NCBI GenBank assembly: GCA_002269645.1 | Contig: NIVC01004444.1 | Location: 1-45,758 of the forward strand | Length of the DNA: 45,758 bases | DNA from: Macrostomum lignano | Taxonomy: Eukaryota | Direction: 5' to 3' | In this document: piece by piece, positions 11,641-23,993 of the stretch | How positions within the stretch are numbered: the first letter of the stretch is position 1 | Layout: the number at the start of each line of letters is the position of its first letter | Translations under genes and position numbers: made by a program | The notes under the pieces: model-generated | The model's database searches: none | What the model was told of the DNA's origin: nothing | What the model saw: the letters and a program-made list of their open reading frames with translations, nothing else

Positions 11641-12679
11641 TGCCTTTAAAGGAAATATGTTTATAGTTATTCTACCTGACGCACCACTTTCTTTGATCTG
11701 GCGCCCCTATCTATCTGGGGCTACTTCCATTCTGGCGCCACTTCTTTGATGTGGCGCTGTCGAATGTCTTTTCAAAGCAAAGTTTTTAGATTTAAGAAAA
11801 AGTATTGAACAGTTTAACAATGGTATTTGTTTCGAGTGCCAGGCCACAACAGTGAGCGACCCCGGTTTGCAATAATCCCAAAAGTCAGAGCTGCATTTTT
11901 TTAATCCTCCTCTTCCGCTGAGCTGCCTTTGTGTGACTCAGCCGGCCTTTGTTGCAGCCGCCACGCAAGTCCCGTCGGCACTGAGGTCGGCAGCGGGCGC
12001 AGCGGGCGCAGCGCAAGTCCCCCGGCAGTGAAGAGAGCAGTTGGGGAGGCTCCAGCAAAGAAAATGTTTGCCGAGCAAAATCCCCACGCAAGCTGGCATC
12101 CCATAGGGCGGCTCTGAGGCGGAAGGTGAGAGAAGGGCGAGCGGTGACTCACAAAGGGCGGGGCTGCCGGGATCCTCGCTGCTCACCTGAGCGCCGCCAG
12201 CCGACTCTGCCTCTCTCGCGCCCGACCGAGATCTGTTGCCAGGGCCCCCCCAGTAACCTTAATTGACCCCTCGTCCTGAGCCAAACCTCAGCCTGACCGC
12301 CTCAAGATTGATTGCGGCAGTTGCGCATTGCGCAATAGAAAAAATGTTCGCTCGCGAGGGCCGGGTCGCAGCTCCGTGATTTGATTAGTGGCGCCTTCTC
12401 TTATCAATATTTGCGGCTCAGCGCCAATTTGCAATTTCTTCTTTCAGGTTTTGACAGCCGTGACCGAGCAGCCCCCTCCCGGTGCTTTTGAGCCGAAGCT
12501 GAACTGCGGCATTTTCCTCGGATCCCCCTCGCCCGGGATTATGGATTGGGAAATTTCATTTTAGGGAGTGGGGGAACAGAAATGCCAGCTCTGCTGGTGG
12601 CGAGTGACTCATCTCGGCCATTGTGCGAATTGACTGTCTCGTTGCGGGGTCTCAAATCGGAAGACGGCTTATTCATAAT

Positions 12680-13150
12680 TCACATCTTTGAGACTCATTT
12701 ACAGGGGTCAACGGACCTCCCCCTTCATGAAACTCATTTCGATGACCTCCTCCGACTTGTACTCGCAAAAAGTTTTCCCTTCACTGAGATGCAATATGAG
12801 GGTCAACGAACCACCCCAAAAACTTTTTTGAATAGGTCAGCGGACCCCCCCCCGTATTGAGAACTATTTAGAGGGGTCAGTGGACCTCTCCTCACATTCA
12901 GAACCATTTGTAGAAGTCAACGGACCTGCCCTGAGGCTAGTTTAGAGGGGTCAAGGACCTCCCTCCTATTGAGATGATACTCATTAGGAGGGGTCAATGG
13001 ACCTCCTCCTCTATGAAACGCACTTAGAGGATTGCTCCACACTTAGGACTTACACCTACGAGTTGCAGAAGGGGTCAATGGACCTCCCCTCATTGGGTCT
13101 CATTGAGAGGGTCAACGGGCCCAATTTATTAGAGGGGTCAAGGGCCCCCA
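12680..13150. repeat. Old degenerate tandem repeat of about 40 bp, core GAGGGGTCAA(T/C)GGACCTCC
   Basis: The core recurs about 10 times with variable spacing. Confidence 0.7.
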
Positions 13151-13664
13151 TGCAAAATCTGGCTCCAGTTGCAGTGTTTCAACTGCAATAATTTCGCACA
13201 GGAGGGGGGGGGTGGGGCGGTGCCAGTGCGTGAGCAGTTTGGGATCAGCTCGGGAGCTTGAGTCAGCGCCCACGCCTCATCCCCAGCGGCGGCACTTGCT
13301 TATCAGATCGGCGCCCTGACTATTTGAGCTGCTGCCGGCGGGAATTAGCAAAAATTAACGCCGTTCGATGGAGAATCTCTGTGAAGCTGCGAACAGCTCA
13401 ATGGATTATCAGATTAGACCGCTAAAGCCAAAAAGCGCTCTGAGAGCTGAAGCGGTGAGCTGAGTCAGAGGAGCTGAAATTTAGGGCTAAACTCTGCAAT
13501 ATCGGTGACTCAGAACTTTCAACTCCAGTTTATTTAACAGCTGCATCAAATTAATGAATTCAAAGCATGGAGGAGTGCAGGAAAACAACTGGGCTGGGAG
13601 TCATAAACACCCAGTTTCAGATGCACCCGCGTCACTTCGAATTTCTGCGCCATGCATGAGGAGT

Positions 13665-14460
13665 TTTGGCGCCACCGGGGATTAGCAAAACCAGGGACAT
13701 TTGGCGCCACCAGTGACATTTTGGCGCCACCAGGGATATTTTAGCGCCACCAGGGACATTTTGGCGCCACCAGGGACATTTTGGCGCCACCAGGGATATT
13801 TTAGCGCCACCAGGGACATTTGGCGCCACCAGTGACATTTTGGCGCCACCAGGGATATTTTAGCGCCACCAGGGACATTTTGGCGCCACCAGGGACTTTT
13901 TGGCGCCACGAGGGAATATTTTGGCACCACCGGGGATATTTTAGCAAAACCAGGGATATTTTGGCGCCACCATGGATATTTTTGCGCCACCAGGGACATT
14001 TTGGCGCCACCAGGGAATATTTTGGCGCCACCAGGATATTTTTGCGCCACCGGGGATATTTTGGCGCGACCAGGGATATTTTGGCGCCACCAGGGACATT
14101 TTGGCGCCACCAGGGAATATTTTGGCGCCATTAGGGAATATTTTGGCGCCACCGGGATATTTTTGCGTCACCGGGGATATTTTGGCGCGACCAGGAATTT
14201 TTTTGGTGCGACCATGCATTATTTTGGCGCGACTAGGGTGATTTTGGCGTCATCTGGGTATTTTGGCGACGTCAGACTGATCTTTGCGCCTTTAGGGATT
14301 TTTTGGCACCACCAGGAATTATTCTGGCGCCAACAGGGATATTCGGACGCCACCTGGGTATTCTGGCGCCACCAAGGATAGGGATTAGTTTTGGCGCCGT
14401 CAAGGATATTTTGGAGCCGTCAGGGTGATTTTGGTCCCACCATGGATATTTTAGCGCCAT
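13665..14460. repeat. Minisatellite, about 20-bp unit ATTTTGGCGCCACCAGGGAC, about 38 copies, diverging toward the right
   Basis: Direct tandem periodicity; source of the repetitive ORFs at 13632-14460. Confidence 0.95.
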
Positions 14461-14731
14461 GCTCGCTTCTTGGCCGATTATATCAATAAAAATTTGGCGT
14501 CATCGAAAGTAGCTCGCGCTATAAAAGGAATCACACTAGCTTAGTATCACATTCAATTAATAATTGTCAGTTGCGGTCTCCGGCCCTGGACTGAATGAGC
14601 ACTCTGCGCTCACTGGCCGCCGCCCCCGCCCGCACTGCACGGCTCAGCCCCCCCCCCGCCCCAGCTTAGTCAGTTTTGGGGTGTCAGAGGTCGCCGAGGC
14701 ACCCATGCAGTTGGAATTCGCTTTGTTTAGC

Positions 14732-16712
14732 CATAGAATTCTAGATAACTAACTGGAAGAGAAGGCTCACTTTTTCGTGGGTCGAAAGCGGACACAACCG
14801 GGCCGAGTCATTTTAGCTTGTTTAAACGGCCTGCCTTTCCCTATCCAGGGAATACTCTACATAGAGTATGAGAGTATGTAGAGTATTCCCTGCCCTATCT
14901 CAGTCCCACTGACTAAGCGGGGTTTGAGGTGGGCAGGCTCTTCACAAGGCTTGGAAGTTTTTTTGTCCTAGACAGGAGAAAAACCCTTCGGAGGGGAAGG
15001 AAGATCCCCGGTAAATCAGTGCTGTTTCTTTGTCTGTGATGCACACGGGGTAACAGGCCCCCCACTTGAAAGCTGAACGCATGCACATTGGGTGTACATT
15101 TGCTCGCATGCTTTTGAGGATGCCTTCTCCACTTCACCCTAAATGAAAAATTTATAAAGATTCGATATGATGCATGCTATATCAGAGACTATAGTCAGAG
15201 AAAAAGAATTGTTTATAAATACGCAGCTTACAACTACAGGTCTGGATCTGGATATGCAACTACAAATAAAAATCCAGCGGTTCAATCTTCAGGAGCAGAA
15301 AGCAGAATATTTTCTCATGTGCTTCCTTTGCATGATTTTCAACTATTTGAAGAGTGGTCGCAACGAATTCGAAGGGTAAACTACCAACCCAGGACAGAAT
15401 CTCAACTGTTGCACTTTATTGCCACCGATTTTCACACAACGTCACAAGATTCTTAGTGAGCGCAGGAGAAACAGCGACACTCTGAATAAGGAATGATGGT
15501 GTGCCGGTGTGCCCTCCATACAACAACAAAATGCGCTGTCAGCCATTCCAGCGAGTCATGGTCATGAGAGACAAGGACAACGTCACACGTTTCAGGGCCT
15601 GGGCGCGAACCGCCGGCCGCACCGCCGGCAGAGTCCGGGGCGCCGGCATTAGCCGGCAAGAAGTCGACGAAACACAGACTGCGCGCCTGTCCCCGCCGGT
15701 AGGTTGCCTGCAGCGACAGCAGCAGCACTTCCTGCACCGGCTGTGGACTTTAGGACTCGGCTCGGATGATGTGGCCTGCCAGCTGGAGTCGTGGACGGCG
15801 CAAAAGTTTGCTGGGAAGGGACAGGCCAGTGCGGCGATAGAGCCCGCATTGGTGACGTGCTCGCAGCCGATCTTAAAGACAGGCCAGCGTGCGCCGCATT
15901 GACCTGCTGTTCGAGCGAATCCGTCAGTGTCCAGGTCTCGGTGTTGTACAACAGGACGGTCTCGATCACCGCCTTGAACAACGCCGCCCTCTGGCGGTCA
16001 GGCAGGGCCTCGGACTGCAGGACCGCCCTCACGAAACGGAAGGCAACCCAAGCAAGTCCACGGCGACGTGCTAGGTCCTCTGGAACATCAAGCACCATGG
16101 TCTGCAGACCGCCGAGGCAGACGAACTGCTGACAGTGCGGAAGCTTCGACACCTGCCTGTCAGCGTCTCGGTGTTCGAAGCACGACGATCTTCTGCGTGT
16201 TGACCCCCAGGCCGACGCTCGCAGCAACGCTCACAAGCTGGTCCAGCTGGCGCTGGGCGCGTTCGACGGTCGGCAGGAAGAGACTCGACGAAATCGTCGA
16301 GTTTGACCGCGATGTATCAGGTGAAATCGATCGCCGGAAAGTACCGCGATGCAGTGGCGATGGTACCGCGATGTATCTTCTTCATAGATTAGATTAAGCA
16401 GCTAATTTTCTGTTCATACTATGATTTTTTACTGATCCCATCCCATGTGTTTACTTTGCGGCTTTGCAAAAATATTAGTTTTGTTAAGATATGTCACAAA
16501 TACCTTTAGAAACTCTTAATAAGCACTGACTTGTTAATTAAAAAAATAAACTTAAAGAATCAAATATTACTCTTAATAGCAGCAGCCAATTATTAGTGAA
16601 AACATTAGTGTTGAATAAGGCAGCCAGAAAACATGCAGGCTCCCACTCGGCCCGGTTGTGTCCGCCCCCCCAAAAAAGCCTTCGCTTCCAGTTAGTTATC
16701 TAGAATTCTATG
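14732..16712. mobile_element. Non-autonomous DNA transposon, P-superfamily-like, with a nested RTE fragment
   Basis: Long imperfect TIR CATAGAATTCTAGATAACTAACTGGAAG...GCGGACACAACCGGGCCGAGT at both ends and a 7-bp TSD GTTTAGC (14725-14731 and 16713-16719). The P assignment is inferred from the CATAG termini and TSD length. Confidence 0.75.
15400..16320 (-). mobile_element. 5'-truncated RTE-clade LINE (C-terminal RT region and 3' UTR)
   Basis: Reads AQRQLDQLVSVAASVGLGVNTQK, then LARRRGLAWVAF...LFKAVIETVLLYNTETWTLT, then LQLAGHIIR and RRGQAR..FVD. AATAAA on the minus strand near 15416-15421. Frameshifted; ends are approximate. Confidence 0.85.
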
Positions 16713-16954
16713 GTTTAGCCATGTTAATCATCGCGGCTGCCGGCCTGTTCTGCTGTTGAGTCACTCGAGCTGCCGCAAACACATTGCAGACTTGTGGAGG
16801 CATGTTAAGGTAAGACGGGGGGCTTCCTACATGACAGAGCAGGTTAGCACTCATCTGATCGTGTCCTAAGCTCGTCTGCTGGGTTTCAATTCGAGTCAAT
16901 GAATATTTGTCACTTTTTTGGACATCACCGGGAAAGGAGAGGAAGAGGGAAGGG

Positions 16955-17205
16955 ATAGGAGAGGAGGGAGAGAGCGGAGAGGAGAGGGGGAGAGGGAGAG
17001 GTGAGGGGTAGGGAGAGATAGAGGGAGAGAGAGGAGAGGTAGGGACGGGAGAAGAGAGGGAGAGATCGAGGAGAGGGAGATGAGGAGAGGGAGTAGAGAG
17101 GAGAGAAGAGTAGAGGGAGGAGAGGCAGAAGATAAGGAGAGGGGAGGCGGAGTCCGGAGAGAGAAGAAGAAAGAGGTGATTAAGAGAGGAGAGAGTGATT
17201 ATTAA
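16955..17205. repeat. Polypurine (GA/GGA-rich) low-complexity tract
   Basis: About 250 bp almost exclusively G/A on the + strand, about 0.6 kb upstream of the putative DUSP promoter. Confidence 0.9.
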
Positions 17206-17729
17206 GAGACCGCTAAAACAAAGGCCGTCAGCCCGATGATGCAGTCCTGGGCTGCCCCCCCCCCAGCCAGCCCCCCATTGTCCGAAACTTCTACAAAGCA
17301 AGTAAAATTGCCCAAAAAATGGAAACCGCCGCCCTCCCCCAGCCGCATCGCAAACAGTTGCGGGCGCTCCGAGGGTCCGCGCGACCCCCGCGGCGCTTAG
17401 CGTAAGTCACCTGCGGGGAGAGGGACAAGCTTAAGAGTTGCGATAAGGCGGCCCCCAAGTGGCCAGTCATCTGACTGTTCAATAACTCTGCAATGATTCT
17501 ATTAGTCACCCGCCAGCCACTCGTCCTAATTGCCGGAGATTTCCGCGGCCTCTCCCGTGTTTAACACGCGCGCCCCTTCCGCATTGGGCTTGGCGTGTGT
17601 CCTGCGTTATTGAACCTGATTAGTCAGTTGGTCCTGGCGGCCGCGGTAGCAATCTGCTCTGGTTGGCTGGCCGTTGCCTAGCGACCGGCCGGGGAACCCC
17701 CTGTCTGTCCGCGGCCTGTGCACTGGCTG

Positions 17730-17830
17730 GCTGAGTCAGCCAGGGGGTGGGGGCGGGCGGGATTCCCCCGAAGGCCCGCCGCCGCCTCCTCCTCCTCCGC
17801 GGGCAGCATAAATTCCCAACTCAGCTCTTC
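17730..17830 (+). promoter_or_regulatory. Putative core promoter of the MAPK phosphatase gene
   Basis: AP-1 site at 17732, GC boxes (GGGCGGG) near 17751-17760, TATA-like CATAAAT at 17807-17813 and Inr-like TCAG about 14 bp later. CpG-rich, about 260 bp upstream of ATG 18084. The TSS is inferred. Confidence 0.45.
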
Positions 17831-18083
17831 CCCTCTGTTTCGCTCCCTAAGCGGAACACCGTCTGATTCATAATTTCCTCTCGTTCATCGCGTCATCACC
17901 GGCTTTCCCGAAGCATCCGCCCTCCCCCGGTTCTCGAATAAAATCCTCGAGTTCGGACTGAGCCAGACTCTTCTTCATCAGTTCGATTCGAGTCCGGTCA
18001 TTTTTCTCTCGAGCGTAGCATCGCCTCAGCAGTGGCAGATAATCGAATTCATCCCTGATAGCAGCACCCCATCCCGAGTAATC

Positions 18084-21000
18084 ATGCGATCTCAGCAGCC
18101 GGGCGAGGACGAGAACAGGACCGTTGCGGCCGCCCCGGCGGCCCAGATCGCGCCGGTGGCGAAGAGGGCGCGGCCCGGCCGGCTGCAGCTCGAGTTTTCG
18201 GTGCAGCTTCCGGCGGCGGCGGACTCGGCGGGCCTCGGCTCCCCGCTGAGCCCCATCTCGGCCAACCCCAGCATCCTGGGAGCGCGGAAACGGAGGAAAG
18301 GTAAGCGAAGTCTCGGGCTTGAGATGGAGATTTTGATATGCAGTTTTTTGTTGGATCGTCTTGGAATCTGAGACTGAGGTGATGCCAGTTTTAAGTTTTG
18401 AGACGCCAGATCCCAGTTTTTAGATGTTAGTTTTGGGTTTGAGAAGTCATTCTCAACTTTTAGGTGTCATTTTTTCGTTTAAAATGTTCGTTTTGGCACT
18501 GAGACGTCAGCTTTGAGTCTGTTGAGTCAAAGTTGAGTCTATGGTGTCAACTTTGAGTCTGGGGTGTTCAGGTTTAGGTTTAAGATGTCACTATTTTGAT
18601 TGAGATATCAGATTCTGGAGTTTCAGATTTGAGTTTCATGTACCAAGAGTTGAGTTAAAGATATCGGATCGAAGTCACAATGTTGATTTTGAGATCGCAG
18701 ATTTAAGGTCTCAGCTTCGATTTTGAGACCGCAGTTTTTTTGGAGATCGCAGATTTGATTTTGAGACTGCAGATTTGATTTGGAAATTGCAGATTTGATT
18801 TTGAACAGGCAAATTAGATTTTGAGAACGCAGATTTGGTTTAGAACTCCCAGCTTTGATTTTGAACTGGCAGATTTGGTTTTGAGCTGGCAGATTTGATT
18901 TTTAACTGGGCAGATTTGATTTTGAGACCGCATATTTGATTTGGAGATCGCAGATTTGAGACCGCAGATTTGATTTTGAGCTGGCAGATTTGGTTTAGAA
19001 CTAACAGATTTGATTTTGAGCTGGCAGATTTGATTTAGAACTGGCAGATTTGATTTTGAGACTGCAGATTTGATTTAGAACTGGCAGATTTGATTTTGAA
19101 CTGGTAGATTTGATTTTGAGCTGGCAGATTTGATTTAGAACTGGCAGATTTGATTTTGAGCTGGCAGATTTGATTTAGAACCGGCAGATTTGATTTTGAA
19201 CTGGCAGATTTGATTTTGAGCTGGCAGATTTGATTTAGAACCGGCAGATTTGATTTTGAACTGGCAGATTTGAGTTAGAACTGGCAAATTTGATTTTGAA
19301 CTAGCAGATTTGATTTTGAACTAGCAGATTTGATTTTGAACTGGCAGATTTGATTTAGAACTAATTGGCAGATTTGATTTTGAACTGGCAGATTTGATTT
19401 TGAGCTGGCAAATTTTATTTTGAACTGGCGGAATTGATTTCGAACTGGCAGATTTGATTTTGAGCTGGCAGATTTGAGTTAGAACTGGCAAATTTGATTT
19501 TGAACTAGCAGATTTGATTTAGAACTAATTGGCAGATTTGATTTTGAACTGGCAGATTTGATTTAGAACTAATTGGCAGATTTGATTTTGAACTGGCAGA
19601 ATTGATTTTGAACTGGCAAATTTAATTATGAAAAAATTTATTTCCTAATAAAATAAATTCTGCTTGAGAAGTCAGTTTGATTTGGAGACATCGATTTTGT
19701 TCGAAAAATAAGTAATGAATTTCATGTATCCGTCTTTTGCATGCATGCATTGATTGCCTCAGAAAGTTTTATTTTTAAAATCCCCAACCAGAAAAAACCA
19801 GTCACCGCTTCCGTCTACTCATTGGCTGCCACTCCCTAAAATGCTGTCATTGCTACTTAAACAAGTAGGCTAGTAGCATGATGCGCACATGACACTAAAA
19901 TTGAGGCGAGTTTTTGGAGAAATAGCACAGGTTTTAAGCTAAGCAAAACGGACAGCAAGCCTCTGCTTATCTACAAAATACGATCGATATAAAGTTACAG
20001 TATTGCCTCTCGCTGCTGTCCTCAGGCAGAGATAAGACATGCCTTATCAGTGCCAGGCCGCTAGTTCACGAAGTCTTATTTTTACCTTTATTGGTCTGAT
20101 CTTACAAAATCACGTGAGCCCAGCGTGTCCGCCAGACTGTTAGGTCAGGTTTAGAACCAACTGGGCTTATTGCGCAGCTCTTGTGTTCGCTGCATGTTGC
20201 ACTTTTGTCCCCTCCTTTAACAATTATCAAAGCTGTGAATCAGATACGCAGAATGGCCTGTGTGCTGCCATGCCTGGGGTCTGGCCCGAAGTGAGTCACA
20301 TCACATGACTGGCATTAGGGCTGGTTGAATTTGTCGGAATTGGCGCGCATTATTGAGGCTATGCAGTGTGGACTAGGCCACTCTGCCCCCTCCCCCCATT
20401 GCCCATTGTGCTTGGCAAGCATTCCAGCTATTTACTATGCGCTAGGCGCAGTCAGCATCAACGATTCAATGGCCTGCCTTTCATTCTGGCTCCCATTATC
20501 CTGCTCCACTGCTTTAGGCTAAGGCTAAATTCTAGCATGACGTTATAAATGCCTTCATATGCTTCATATGGGCTTATTTTAGGCTACAGGGGCTTAGCGT
20601 GCGCAATTTACAGTCAGCTCCCAAGCACTCTAATAGAAATGCCAGCTTGCCCGCACAATAGTAAACCCACTGACTCAGTTGTTGCCCCAGCCGAGCCTGT
20701 CGCCCTCCTATTGGCTGGCCGCCGTCGCCCATGACGATCTGCCTCCCCCCTCTATCCCTCTATCTACCCTCTCGTGGGGCACAGGGGCGATGCTAAAAAT
20801 AGCCTCGAGTCATAGTTGGCTTGGCTAAAATTAGCCGTGCCAGAATAAAACTGGTTCAGCTGCCCCCCGGCCCAAGTCCAAGTCGCGGCTCTGTAGAATC
20901 GCAAACGAAGCGGCTTGCAAAGCGTTGACGCAATTTCGTGTGCAAGAATAACCGATATATTTAGTTGGATCTACTTAGTCCAACGGGGTCACGAAAGCCA

Positions 21001-22809
21001 AACTGGACTCCTCTTTAGCTTAAGGATCTGCGGATCGCCCCATTCCCCAAGCCAAACTGCATTTACTCCTCCAAGCCACAATCATTCGCTCTCAAAGACA
21101 AGATTTCACCTAATTCTCACCGGGCCGAACTCAACTGAGCATGGTGCTGTGCCGCAAAAACCGTCCATGTGGTCTCAAGTTTAGCGGCGGAGGCGGCGGC
21201 GGCAGCGGCGGCTGCACCGGTGGCCAGGCCACGGCCCCGGTGGTCAGCCAGCAGCTGCCGGCCGGCTGCGGCCTGCAGGCTCACCTGGCTGCTAAGCAGG
21301 GCTCGAACCAACGCCTTTCAGGCAGCGGCTTGCACGAGTTCCATTCTTTGGCCGGCAAGCAGCAGTCGACGGCGAACGGCAACAGCGAGGACTGCGACGA
21401 CGAGGCCGCTATGGAAACGGCTCAGCTGCCCAACGTGGGCCCAACCTGCGTGCTGCCCCATCTGTACATTGGCTCGCAGGCTGATGCCCTGGACGCTGAG
21501 GTCATGCAGCGCTTCGGCATCACGCACGTCATCAACGTGAGCATCTCCTGTCCGCAGTCGCAGCACGTGCCAGACAGCAACTTCCTGCGGATCCCGGTTA
21601 ACGACGGCTACACAGATAAACTGCTGCCGCACTTCCAGCGGGCTTTCAGCTTTCTCGGTGAGTTCAGTTCGGGAGGAGCCGCTCGCACGCTCGGGCGCGG
21701 GGGGGAGATTTTGGACATTTTAAGCGAGACGAAGACTTCAAATTCATTTTTCTAAGAAATAAAGCGCCCTCGCTTAGCGAATTCTCACAGCCATAGGAAA
21801 CATGAAGTAGCAGTGAAAATCTGCTAATTCTCTCTACAGGCTTCCATTCAGAGATTTTTTATATCGCTGATATTGCGCGAATGACGCGCACCGCTTGGCA
21901 ATCGGTGACTCATTTGGTCAGTGGTGCAGAGCTAGGCTGCGTTTGACCTTTGCGCAATCAAATTCCCAATATTTTATTGCAAGCCCGGCCGGCCCGCCCT
22001 GCCCCGGCCATTAGCGGCCTGCCGATGGGGCGGGCTGAATGCCGATGCAGGGCGTCGCTGAGTCACCGCGGGCCTGCAGTTCCGCCGGACCGCATGGGCC
22101 AGGGCGGGATCCTCAGATCCGTCATTGTTTTACCCACACCAGCCTCTTGCTAGGGTTACTAAGGAGATTTTCTTTCTCTCTAACTCAGAACGCGTGCGCG
22201 AGTCCTCCGGCCGCTGCCTGGTCCACTGCTTGGCAGGCATCTCCCGGTCGCCGACTCTCTCCATTGCCTACATCATGAAGCACAGGTGCATGAGCCAGGA
22301 TGAGGCGTACAGGTATGCGTCATTTCTCATTTCTCACCGTCATTTTTCGAATGCGATTTAATTGACAGGCCCATTGCAATTTTGCCCGCCAACCATCCCG
22401 ATGCTCTGGCAGATTCGTAAAACAACGCCGGCGCCACATCTCGCCAAACTTCAACTTCCTTGGCCAGCTGCTCGAATTCGAGCGCCAGCTCAGGCGCTCA
22501 GGCGAAGCGGCGGCCGCGGGGGAGCGGCCCGAGGCGAAGCGTCAGCGGACCAGCGACCGCAGCCCCACCAGCGCACTCTCGCAGCTCAGCTTCGGCGTCT
22601 TGCCCACCGTTGGCAGCGAAATCATGGTCAGACGGCCGAGGAGCGTCCTCATCCAGGGCGATGGCTTCGTCGGCGGCGGCATCAGCGGCCCCATCTGGGA
22701 GCAGCCTGTCCGGCGGAGCCGGTCCTCCGACGCCTTCCTGGACCTCGAAGACGAGGCTGTCCGGTCCTGCGAGGAAACGGCTGTAGGCCCGGTGGCCTGC
22801 CTGTCCTAG
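18084..22809 (+). CDS. DUSP8/16-like: Dual-specificity MAP kinase phosphatase, DUSP8/16 (MKP-7 / vhp-1)-like; 4-exon model, 357 aa
   Basis: Exons 18084-18300, 21322-21657, 22189-22312 and 22413-22809, all GT-AG and phase-consistent. Catalytic motifs are LPHLYIGSQ, RIPVNDGY (general-acid Asp), VHCLAGISRS and AYIM...EAYRFVK...ISPNFNFLGQL. AATAAA at 23172-23177. The exon 1-to-exon 2 join is less certain than exons 2-4. Confidence 0.9.
18690..19620. repeat. Intronic minisatellite, 20-bp unit GCAGATTTGATTTTGAACTG, about 46 copies
   Basis: Direct periodicity inside DUSP intron 1, with degenerate copies back to about 18400. Confidence 0.95.
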
Positions 22810-23993
22810 CGGGCTCTTCTTCCAGAGGCAGGAAACAGAAATCTTCCTGGCGAACTCCCGAACTCTCCGCTTGCGCTGTGCCTGTGCGAACCTGAACTCC
22901 CCTGTACGGTACGAAGGCCGCCCTTCCCGCCTTGCATGGCATTCGCAACGCCTGTTACTGCAGTCCCCCAGTGTGTCTGTTCCGTTGTCATGCTTTATCC
23001 CCGTCTGCCTTTGAATCCTGCGCGTTCTCTCTACGGCTGGGCCCTGCACCCGACGATCCCCCGCCCCGCTGCGAGAGTTTTGGCTCGAAGGCATTGCGGC
23101 AGTTGCGCTTTCCAAATGAAATAATTGAATGCACACTTAAGCTTCGAAACTTGTTCTGAAGATACCTGGCGAATAAAGTGCCACGCATTCAGACCTTGCT
23201 TCACACCGCAGATGTACTTTTATGCTTAACCAGAAATCCGCTGGTGCCAGTCGAGCCAGACCTCCCCAGCCCCGGTTTATCCCTCGCCTGTACAGTGAAT
23301 GGTGCAGGTAAACTGTTGGGTGCAGGTGGGGAACTGCTTTTATTGTCTGTACAAAGCTCATTAAGCTGCACCCGGCTGCACTACAGAAGCATTGATCGTG
23401 CCATCAGAACTGTCGTCTGCTGCCCTGGCTGCAGTGCCAACGAACTCCTCGCTACAATATATTGATAATTCTAATTCTAAAAAAGCAGTTATCACTAAGC
23501 ATATGAAACGTTTCTGCTGTTAGTCGTCGATTTAGTTCACTCTTTGGTAGTTCTGACTCTTACGAGCGTATGACAGTAGATTTTCTATAAAGCGCTCCAT
23601 ATTGGCGTGGGTCGCAGCTCACTTAAAAATAATCGATTAACTGTCAATCTTGAGAACTTTTCGCCCCCCCGGCCCCCCAAGGTAAAATGCTTGAGCATGT
23701 CTAACTATGGCAGACCTCTGCAGAGCTGGGGCATCGTCAAACTGTATGCTGAGGCAACCCTCTAGTTTAAGGTGGGTCAAAGTTGGGTCAGGGCCGATAC
23801 TTTACACCATGCCAGCAATTGTGAGTCACGGCGCCTGTAAAACTGAGTCATTTCGGCTAGCTCAAGGTGCGGAGGAACCTCTTACACTATGCTAGATGTA
23901 ACATGTAACACACGAGGCCAGACATTGTGGCAGAGAATTTTCGAATGCTGCACTGCCGCAACAGTTGCCGATTTCTCGCAGGCGGAGAATGAG

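Noticed and set aside
13632-14460. Repetitive ORFs on both strands (MAPKYSLVAPK..., FWRHQG...)
   Set aside because: Translations of a 20-bp minisatellite, with no splice signals or codon structure.
16708-17301. 197-aa Leu/Ser/Pro-rich ORF with apparent TM segments
   Set aside because: An artefact of the polypyrimidine strand of the GA-rich tract.
17673-17685. RFX X-box-like GTTGCCTAGCGAC near the DUSP promoter
   Set aside because: A single imperfect match that is not distinguishable from chance without conservation data.
21141-21321. Alternative DUSP start at ATG 21141 (MVLCRKNRPC...Gly-rich)
   Set aside because: It cannot be excluded, but exon 1 at 18084 has promoter-like features, a strong GTAAGC donor and a phase-matched acceptor at 21321, so that model is preferred.
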